A stretch of 64,000 nt of DNA from IMG/VR virus record IMGVR_UViG_3300030107_003727. One strand, written 5' to 3'. Below the pieces are notes generated by a model. That model had not been told where the DNA came from. It worked only from the letters and a program-made list of their open reading frames with translations, and made no database searches. Each line of letters starts with the position of its first letter. The stretch's first letter is position 1. A program made the translations under genes and the position numbers. This DNA comes from an uncultured virus (IMG/VR IMGVR_UViG_3300030107_003727). Lineage: Duplodnaviria > Heunggongvirae > Uroviricota > Caudoviricetes. This document shows, piece after piece, positions 1 to 10,500 of this stretch.

Positions 1-1
1 T

Positions 2-255
2 GGCAGAAGAGTATTTCGTGACCCACAAAATTTAGCGAGATTTGCTGGGGCCGCCGAAGACCGAAGGTATGACCGATCTTTACAGGAGATGAAAGATCAG
101 CAGCCCATTGACATGGATGACACCATTGTTGAATCGGGTGGTCAACAATACCGATACGACTCTGAGGTAGATAAATTTACCCCGGTCAATTTTAACCCAA
201 GAACAAACCGTTACGAATCTGCGCTGCCGGATGAAGAGGAAAAAAAGAAATCCGG
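2..255 (+). repeat. Near-identical direct repeat of 46440-46693
   Basis: 2-79 identical to 46440-46517; about 9 mismatches over the next ~175 nt by manual comparison. Confidence 0.95.
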
Positions 256-1549
256 TGGCGGCGGTGGCGGCGGTGGCGGCGGTAGTTCAGCAATGGGCGA
301 TGCTTTCAAAAAAGGGCAACAAGCCTTTGAAAAGCAGTTAACTGACCTCCGCAACATGGCTGACCAAGACCCTCAATTTGGCAAGATGTTTAGGGAGATG
401 CAGGGCGAGTACATGGCTATATTGCGCGATCCAAATTTGCGCGATGAAGAAAGACAGGCCGCTCTAATGGATTTGTTTGATCGTGGCATGCAGACTTTTG
501 AAAGCACTTCCGGGTTCCGTCGTGAACAGGAAAGAATGGAAGAAGAACAGGCACGGCAAACTGCGCAACAAGAACAGGTTGAGGATATGGAGTACCGCAA
601 TCGAAGGGGTGCGGAGCAACGCGAAGAAAACCGTCGTCAACTTTCAGAGGCGCGCAAAGAAAGATCAACCAGACAGAAATACAGTGAAACCACGCAGGCG
701 ATTGACAAAGCCTATGAGGGATACAAGAACGCGCATGGCAGTGAAGACCCCGCGTCGCCAAATTTTGGTCAAAAGCCGGTCAGTCTTGAAGAGTTTACTG
801 ATAATTATTACGCGAGAATTCACGAAGACGAGGAAGTTAACAACCGTATTCAAGAAATTGATATGGATATTTCCAACATTGAAACTGAAATTGGTCAACT
901 TGAAGATGAAGATGACATTCGGTATCGCAATCAATTGACTGAAATTTACGGCAAGGGCCGCCAAGACGAGGCAGACGCAGCGTATGAACGCCATCTAACA
1001 ATGAAGTCTGCTCAAATGATGAAGTTGCGACAGCGGCTTGCAGTCAAGAAAGAAGAGCGAACCGCACTACGGCTAACCCCAACTGCGCGAGAACAGGCGT
1101 ACCGAAACCCTGTCGATGATCGTGATGCAGAGGGTCAAGAAGTCATTGGGTCTGCTGCTGACAACCGTGAAAACGCATTGCGTCTTATGCAGCGCGACAG
1201 AGATGAGCAAGACAGCGGAGTGTTGTCTTCTCGCGGTGATGACCGAAACCTTATGCGGGTTGCCAGAGGGCAAGATAAAGGCGGAAGTATGCGCGCCAAA
1301 TTGGACAGCGCTGGCGCAGCCGGTGGGTTTGTTCAGGGCGTTGTATCCCGTGAAGCCCAAGGTAGAGAGTCTACGCCGACACAAAAACGAGAGGCGTTGG
1401 ATCAAATCAAGAAATACCTTCGCACCCAAGACCCTTCAAAATACCCCGATGAAAAGACTGCGGATTACTTTGCGCAGAAAATGTACAACGAAGCGCTTGA
1501 ATTTGAGCGTGGGCTTGGTCGGGAAGACATAGGAACTGGATCTGGATAA
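2..1549 (+). CDS. Coiled-coil putative internal virion/ejection protein (5'-partial)
   Basis: Frame open from position 2; homologue 46314-48110 has a longer N-terminus; E/Q/R-rich; directly upstream of giant gene. Confidence 0.6.
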   Translation, partial: GRRVFRDPQNLARFAGAAEDRRYDRSLQEMKDQQPIDMDDTIVESGGQQYRYDSEVDKFTPVNFNPRTNRYESALPDEEEKKKSGGGGGGGGGGSSAMGDAFKKGQQAFEKQLTDLRNMADQDPQFGKMFREMQGEYMAILRDPNLRDEERQAALMDLFDRGMQTFESTSGFRREQERMEEEQARQTAQQEQVEDMEYRNRRGAEQREENRRQLSEARKERSTRQKYSETTQAIDKAYEGYKNAHGSEDPASPNFGQKPVSLEEFTDNYYARIHEDEEVNNRIQEIDMDISNIETEIGQLEDEDDIRYRNQLTEIYGKGRQDEADAAYERHLTMKSAQMMKLRQRLAVKKEERTALRLTPTAREQAYRNPVDDRDAEGQEVIGSAADNRENALRLMQRDRDEQDSGVLSSRGDDRNLMRVARGQDKGGSMRAKLDSAGAAGGFVQGVVSREAQGRESTPTQKREALDQIKKYLRTQDPSKYPDEKTADYFAQKMYNEALEFERGLGREDIGTGSG

Positions 1550-4500
1550 TGGCAAAACAGGAAGACTTCCGCGAGGCTCCCGAAGAGGAGCCTGAATTTG
1601 CGCCGCAACCACCGGCTCAACCGGCTCAACCGGCTCAGCCACAGCCACACAATCCAGAAATGGTGGATGCTTACACGGCAGCCGACCAGCCTTACGACTT
1701 TTCGGGGACCGCTGACGCTTTACAGCAGCAGCAGCAAAAACGAATAGAACTACAAAACCAACAGGTCCGAGAGATGACGGAAGACCCTGTTGGTGAAGAC
1801 CTTAGAAACGAGATGTTTCAACGAGATTTGCGGCAGCAGTCTCAAAATACTATTGCATTGCAACAAGAGCGATTGCAACTAGAGAAAACACGAAACATCA
1901 AAAATCTGCTCGATCAACATTCTGCTATTAATTTTGATCTTGAAATTACGCCGGAAGAAGCAAAGCGGCGAAGAAAAGACATTGATACGCAACTTCGTTT
2001 GGAGCGCGCCCGAAAATACACGCGGGAGAGTTATGTCAAGCGGGGTGATGCTTATGACCCATCGCGGTTTGAACAAGTCCCCATGTATGACGGGGATGTT
2101 CTTGTTGGAACTGCGCGTGTAGATGTTGAAGCATACGGACACCGACCTGCTTCTATCCAAAAGGGTGAAGTTGAAGGCGCTGCTACTGAGCAAAAAGGTC
2201 AAATGATTGTTTTTGACCAAGACAGGCCGCCGGAAGGTTTGTTCAAAACCATCAATGAAAACGGTGATGGTGAGCGATTGGCTGCGAGCGCCTTGTATTA
2301 CGACGATATGCGGATGCTGCATACGCGCGATATGTCTCAGTGGCAAAAAGTTTTGGCATCTCTTGAATACAGTGCTGCTGCTGGCTTGAAGTTTTTTGTC
2401 GAAGGCAACCAGTCAATCGCCCAGTCGCTTGACCGCACCCTTTCATGGATGGCGGGCGCTTTTACTCCTGAAGGTGTAGAGGCTGGAAGCCTGTTTGATA
2501 TCCCCGAGTATTTTGCAGCAAACCTTGTAGAAAACCGGCAAATGACGGCTGATATTGACTCCCTTCGCCAGCGAGAGCAAGCGATTAAGGGTGGGTGGCA
2601 AATTAAGTCGGATTTTGTTAATAATGCGTACTACGACGATTTTGGAACCCAATTCGGCGTTGCAGTAGGCGAAGGTATTGCGCAAGCGATGCAAACAATC
2701 GCTCTCTCTACAATTCTGCCCGGAGGGGGGCAAGCGGCTGCTGGTGCTACAAGTCTTAGGCAAGCAATAGGCCGCCAACTACTCAACGGTCCTCGCGGCA
2801 TGTTTGCTGCTGGCACTGCATCTCTTGCCTACATGGGGAGGTTTAGAGCGCAGTATCAAAATCAAGGCATGTCTTTGCGTGATGCTGAACTCAACGCTGT
2901 TATGGACGGCGGCATGATGATGACGGCAACCATGCTGTCTCATGCGTTGATGGGTAAAGCAAACAACTGGATGATGCAGAGCAAGGCTGCGCAGCAAGCC
3001 ATGTTTAGTTTGGCGCGACACAAAGTTCCTAACTTAGTTGCGACTGGTTTTACCAGAGAAGCCATTCAGGAAACACTCGAAGAAGTCATGTTTGCTGGCA
3101 TGTCTGCTGCTGCCGACAGAATGGACTGGGTGGGGGAACGTGAGGACGGCGATTTTGCGCCATCAGCGCGCGAACTGCTATTGGCTTTGCTGGCTGGCGG
3201 AACAATCGGTGGCGCGACTGGCGGCACTCTTGATTTGTTCCAAGTTAATAAAGGCATTCAGGTTGGATTGGACGCTCGGCGCAAGCGGGGCATGGTTGGC
3301 TCGCGGGCTAAAGGTGTTGACGGGCAGCCACTCATTAAAAATGAGCATGGCGAAGCCGCTAAAGTCACAGAAGAAAACCAAGCCGAATACGAACGCCTGT
3401 TTGAACAAGACATCTACATGGCGATGGTCAAAGACTCTCTTAGCCCTGTAGGGCCGAAAGAAAAAGACGGCCTTGTTCGGATGATATGGGACCAACTTGT
3501 TGCCTCTTCGGAAAGGTTGAACGGCAAAAAGGGTCTTGATGTTGAGATTTTTGGCAACCCAAACCAAAAAGTTAAGCGCGGAAAAGGCAGAGGGCAGCGA
3601 AAGTTAGATTTTGCAAGTTTGGATGGTGCGCTCGCTCACGCAGTTGCTGGCGCAACCGGCAACCCGCTTGTTGATAGTGAACTTGAAGAGCGTGGAATTT
3701 CAGCACTTGAAGGCAACTCCCGCAAAGATTGGGAAAAAGCCGGGCTGGGATGGATGGTTAAGGGGCTGAGTAGGGGCGAGCGATCTCAACTAATCAGAGA
3801 AGCAAGAAATTCTCTTGGTCGGTTGGAGATGCGCAACGCTTACATTGATGCGCGGGCTATGGAAATCATGGAAGAACAGGGCATGCGTCCTGATCGAAGC
3901 CCCAAAGCAATGGCAAAAGCAGAGGCGCAAGCACGAGAAGAAGCAGACGCACTCAGCACAATCGAAAACCCAGCCTCGTTTATTGGCACTAAGGGCGATG
4001 TAGATATTGATGGATTGCTCCGTGCTGCCGAAAACCCTACCCTTTTGCGTAAAGCAGATGGTGCAAAACGCGGACCACTTAGCCCTAGCCAGCAAGTGCT
4101 GGTTGATTTTGTCCAGCAATTCGCAGCCAAAAATCCAGACTTTGAGGTTGTTGCCGCCCCCAACTCTGCTGCAGGTTCAATGCAGCAGGCTCTCGCTGCG
4201 CAGGGCGTAGCAGTTGTCTTTGTTGCAAACAGCGGTCAGGGACAAGGGTTTAGAGATCCTAAGACTGGCATTGTGTTCATTGATGTTATGAACATCGCTG
4301 AAGGTGAGGCGACTGCCGATGCTGTGGCTCAACAAATCAATGGTGTGATTGCGCACGAACTGATCCACACGTTGCAGTACGAGGCCGGGATTACATACAC
4401 AGAACTTGTGCAGCGGTTAATTGAGATTGACCCAGAAGCAATGCGGGAAGGTGCGGCTGAGTATTTGCGCCGCAAGAGTATGCCAAGGACGCAAAAAGCC

Positions 4501-7500
4501 TTGGGTGAAGCGCGAGAACGCGGGGAGTTGCAGGGAGAAGTTGCTGGGGCGCTGGTAAGTGAAAACATTCCCGGTCGTGGTGAGGGTCCATTTACAGACC
4601 AAGACTTGGTGGTGATGCTTTCGCAAGACCCAACACTTGCACGGGAAGTGGTCCCGTACGCAATCCAGTTGCTTGTATTGCGTGACAGTGATTCAGAAAG
4701 AAGTATGGAGCGGTTGGTTTCTGCAATGACCAACGGCGATCAAACTGTTGCGCGCAAAGTGTACGAGCGGATGCGCAAGTTGTACAACGCAATTAAAGAT
4801 GGTTCAGACCTCGGACGTGCGTGGAAAGATGCTCAAGCGTGGGATGCTCTGATTACTGCTATGGCGGACTTTGCCGCAGGCCGCAGGGGTGTTGAGCCAA
4901 CCAGTGTTCTTGAAGGTGATCGAACTGTTGCTGCGCCAGACCAAACCGAGGTTCGACAAATTGCGGCTGAACAGCGCACGCCAACTGAAGAAGAAGAAGA
5001 AGACGAATTTGACCCGGATGATGACCCGCTGTTGCGCGCACTGATTGAGGCTGCCGAGAAAGAAGATACGGCCTCGTCTCCTATGCTTGTACCTGTTGGC
5101 CTTATGCAGCAAGCGTTGCCTGATAAGAAAAGCGGGTTGCAAACTCTTTCAGACTTGATTAGTGCTGCAACTACGACTTTGCCGCCTGTGGTACTGAGTG
5201 CGCAACAAGGGCCAATCAACGCGCAGAACATGAAGGCTGCTGCTTTGGTTGGTCTTGAGTCAGCCAGACAGCGGGTGTCTGCATTGCGCGAGTATGCAAG
5301 AGAACTTGCGTTGGGTGAAGTTGGCTTTGCTGAATTTTCTGGCGCGATAGAAGCGCACATGGAAGCAGCCAGCATTGTTGCTGACATGGAATCTCTTCAG
5401 AGAGATGATGTGTCTGACCCGATGCGCCAAGCAATTGCTGATGCATTGACTATGGAAGGCGCTGTCGCGGGGCAACTTGTTGATGCATTGGTTGATCTGG
5501 GACTAGAAACTGGATCTATCTCACAGTCAGAAGCCGATGCTGCTATCCGTGAAGCCAAAGCCAAAGGCATGTTTGCCGCACCTACCCTCGTGGATAGGAT
5601 TACCGCGCAAGGTGTTATTCAGCAAGCCATGCGAGAAGTTGAGGCTGACAAGACATTCAAGGGACACGACTTTGATCCAATGGACTACTCACTGTCCGAC
5701 ATCATTAGTCCAAATGTATCTGGCGACTACAAAGCAAACATTGTCGGCACAAGCCCGGCTGCAAAATTGCAACGGGACAATTTGCGTAGGAAATTGGGCG
5801 GGCTGCCTGTAATCACGGAAGTAGCACTCAATGGTACTGATGCACTTGGGGTCTACAGCAATTTCGCAAAAAACTTGCCTCTTGGGACCAGCAAAGGGAA
5901 TTTAGCGCAAAGACAAAAAATTGCGAAAGAACTTGCTGCGTGGATGAGAAACCACACAGATGTGGTGGGAAATATGGCGGTCACGTTTCCAAAAAGCGAC
6001 CACCCTCTTTACTCCGGACTTGAGTTGGAAATTGACGATATAGGTACAAAAAATGCAAGCCCAAGTTTTCACCTGTCTTTTGACACGTCACGGAAACTCG
6101 GTAGTCGAGCCAAAAAAATCAAGGCACGATTAGAGAAACTGCACGATATTGACCCGTTGTTTGATACTGCTCGGTATATGAGCCTTGATGACTTGATTGC
6201 GCAAGAAACGCACCAGAGGCGCGTCGATCCAAAAGTCTCAGACAGCCGACAAGAACGAACCGTTGATGATCAAAAAAGCGCTGTCTGGGACAAGATGCGT
6301 AAAAGAATCGTCAACCCCGGCGGGAAAAATCCACAAACCGCGTTGGATCTACTTCGTCAGTATTTAATGGTGCAGTCTTTCGCCAACTACGGTGGCCTCA
6401 CTTCTTACGCCGATCACAGGTTCCCCGGTGTTGGTGGACACGCAATTGCTTACTCAGTCACTATGGCTATGTCAACAATGTTTTTCCTGAGCAGTCCCGG
6501 AGAAGCAGGGAAAGCGTGGCGCGGCGGCGGCATTGATTCAAAAAGAAACTTGTGGTACGGGGCTTGGTTTGTCAACTTGGCTGGCGCTGCAACTTTAAGC
6601 ACCGGAAAACACTATGTTGGTGGCGGTGGATCTGGTTCGGGTATGCAGTTGATCGAGAGCCGAAGAGATGTTGAAAGGGCTTGGGATAGACTTACTTTCG
6701 ATAATGGTGAATCAATTTTTGATCCAATGCACAAAACGCTGATCAACTACGCCGAAAATCAAAGCGATCCAGTTCTTCGAGCGTTGGCGAAGGAAGCAAG
6801 GCTTCTGCAATCTAACCCAGTGACCAACCCCTCTCACCCGCTGCACAACATTGCCATAAGAATTGGTGACGGTCCAAATGCCTTGCACGGCGCTCTCAAA
6901 CCAAACACACCAGAGTACCAAGCCGCTAGGCAAAAACAATCAGACTACTACGACAAGATTCGTGACAACTTCACCAAGTTGGCTAGAGAAATCAAACCAA
7001 TCACCAAAAAAGAGTTTGATGACGAAATTGAAAATATAACCCAAAGTTTGGCAAACACTCTTCCGCACCTTGAACAAAACATTCGACGTTCAATCGAAAT
7101 CAAAAAAGAACTTGCAGATAAAGGCTACGCCGAAATTGATACAAGAGGTGTAATCTACATTGTTGGCAGTAGAAAACCTCAAGGCCGACCGCCAACATCC
7201 GGGCCAACGGGTTCATTGGCCGAGGGCTTGGCAAACCTTAGTGGAAGAACTGGTGATGGTTTGCTGTACCTTCAACTGCTTCGGCTAGAAGGAGACATCA
7301 GCCAAACATCAAAAGTAGTGGCTAGTCAAATGGACAAACTTGCAAGTTTGTTCAACATGATGGCTGTGAGTCCTATGGGCAGGGACTCTAATTCAATCGC
7401 CGCGTTGAAACAAATGAAGTCTGTATTGACTCGCACTCTGCAACGTGGGATATATCAATCGCCAAGCGTGGCTCAAGAAAAGGCTGCCGTTGAAGCATTC

Positions 7501-10500
7501 CTCAGATCGGTGGATTTGGTGCTTGAACTAGAAGGTCTTGCGCAACAGCCTCGTAGTGACGCGCGTGACAAAAGAATTATCAGTTTGTTTGGTCGAATCG
7601 GCTATGTCGGCCTTTCTATCACCGATAAAACGGGTACAAGGAACTTTGGGCCAGAGAATTTCAAGCAATATGCGACGGAGTTCATTCGCCTGATCCAAAG
7701 AGGTGATAAGCCAAACTACACAAAAATCCTGTCTATGACCGGGTTCGGTATTGATGCTAAAAAAATAGGCGAAGAGGTTGGAAATGTTGATGAGAAATTG
7801 CTCAACATTTCCCCAAGGTCACAGCCAGACCCGGTTCGGTCAAGACAAGTTAGAACAATGCAGGGCGCAGACAGGCAGTTCCGCGCCAACTACCTTAATC
7901 CTGCTCGCATTGCGATTGCAGAAGACTCGACGCAGACTGGTGCTTCTACACCAACTGGTGGCAGAGGGCTTAGTATATTTGGAGATAGAGTCCTAAGCGG
8001 ACCAATGAGGCGGATGGATTCGCAAGAGTACGACCCGCGCATTGAAGATGTTAGTGACTTTGCTGCATACATTCTTGGCGAAGGCGCTTCTCTTTCTCAA
8101 CAAGATTTGATTGAGCAATTTGAGTTTCCAGTAGGGAAGCGCAAAGACGAACACAAAAGGTATGGTGGCTCAGAGGTCACATCGTTCCCTGTTCTTGTTC
8201 CACCTTTGCCATCTGGTCAGGCTGAAATGGTACACATGGGCCGTGACCCGTTGCCAGCAACCAAAGTCAAGAAAGGAAAACTTCGAGTCGAAGAACCGGA
8301 ACGTGATTTTGCGCTGTCTGACAAGATCCTAGATCAAATGGTTGTTGACCCTGATGGTCAGCACAAGAACCTTATTAGGTTCCTCGGAGATGACAACAAA
8401 GCCTTGGATGAAGACGGCAACATTCCTTTGCTGTTCCACGGAAGTCAGTACGCCGGATTCATGTCTTTTGACCCAGAAAGCACGATGACATACGGGATGC
8501 AAAACGTCAGTCAAGACGGCATGATCTTTATGACTGACGACCCGAATGTTGCGCGCAACTATGTTGGTTCTGGACAAGCGGGTGTTGTTCGACACGAAAG
8601 ACTCCAAACTTCTGATAACGCAAACAGCATTTTTGAGCAATACAGAAACGAACACCATGTTGTTGGGTTTGACACTGCTGGTAATCCAATCTTTGATATG
8701 CGTACAAAGCGCTACCGCGCCCGAATGCGACCACCAAACACCCAAAGCGTAAACGAGCGCAACCCAAGCGCTGAGAAAGGGATTGGCATGTACCCGTTCC
8801 GCACCTTCAAGGTGACGGAATCTTCAACTGTGCTGCCAGCAACCACTTTGCGTGAAGCCGCTGCAATCATTGAATCGTTGCGCCAAGGACAAAATTTGCC
8901 GGGTGTCGAGGATTCAGTATTCCAGCCAACCACTGCTGCGGTCGCTATGACTCGCGGTATGAGCAGGTCTGAAATTATGGCGCGCTATGGCGACCAGATT
9001 CAAACTGTTTATGGGTTTGCTGAAGGCAAGATGTCGCAAAGGGAAGGGTTTGATTCTACGGGTCTATCTGGCGATCTCGATAGCGTTGACGTTCTGGCTA
9101 CGTTTGACAATGAACAAGATTTCGTCAACTACTTCAACAAAAACAAAAAGGCTGTTGCACCTGTTGAGGGTGGCATCTACGGCCTTGTCGTTCGCATGAA
9201 GAACCCCTTTATCATCGACGGTGATGGCATGCCGTTCTCGCTCACCTCTTTTGACCTGCCGCAACGCAAAGATAAGAACCTGCGCAAACTTTACGATGAG
9301 TTTGATGGCGAAACAATTAGGGGCGTTCATAACGCGGAGATTGCGCAGGCGGCTAGGTCAGACGGCTATGACGGCGTGATTATTCGCAATTCTTTGGATG
9401 CGGCAAAAAGAGATGACAACCCTCTTGGCAATGTTGCAAGCGATATTTACATTGCATTCAACAACAAGCAGGTCAAGTCGCCAGCGTTGAACAGTGGTAT
9501 GTATGACGTTGAAAGCCCGCGCATTGATGAGGCTTTGCTTGAGCCACGTCAAGCCATCAAGATTTTGCAACGCGAGTTCCTGTCTAGGGGTGAGTTGCCG
9601 CGCGCTGTTTTTGAGAAGAAGTTTACCCGTGACGCTGAAATGAAGCGCGCTTCAGAACTGGCGCGAATGCGAAACGCTCAGTTGCGCAAAGCAATTAATG
9701 GGCAAGCCAAAGACAAGGCTGCCAGAGATGCCTTAGTTGGGATGGTTGACACAGCGATCAAGTCAAATGACTTCAGTGAACTAAAAGGTGAGGTGCGTTA
9801 TGCGGCAATGCAGATGCGCCACTCTATTGATGACTACACCAAGAAGTTGCTTGACACTGGTGCAATTACTGGTGGCCTTGAAGTCACGTTGCGTAGCAAC
9901 ATGGGCTTCTACGTCCACCGTTCATACCGCGTCTTTGATGACCCTGATTGGTCAAAGAAAGTGCCAAGGGACGTTCGCAACAGAATGAAGGCTGTTTTGC
10001 GCACCCAGTTCCCAAGAAGCGAAGGTGAGTCAGAAAGAGATTACGAGAATCGAATTGAAACTCACATTGAAAGATTGCTGTTTGTCGGTCAGGATTCTGG
10101 CAGCGCAATCGACGCGATGACCAAAGGCTTGGGTGTTGATCCCAGCATTTTCAAAAAGCGCAAAGACTTTGAGCCTGCGCTAATGGCGTTGTGGGGAGAA
10201 TACAAAGACCCATACATTAACTTCACCAAAACGATTGAAAAGATTGCGTCGTTTGCGGCTAACTACAAATTTATGACTGAAGTTCATGCTTTGGGTACGA
10301 CAATGCTTGGACGAGATGACGCGGCCCTTTTCTACCCAGTCGATCACCCTGATAGGCCGCCATCCTTCCAAGCGCAATTCCCGATGGACACGGTTCGATA
10401 CGACGGCCTTGCTGGGATGTACACCAGTCCTGAGTTTATGGATGCGCTCAAGATGATGGACGACAACGATACAGTTGACCAGTGGTGGTATCGGTCGTAC

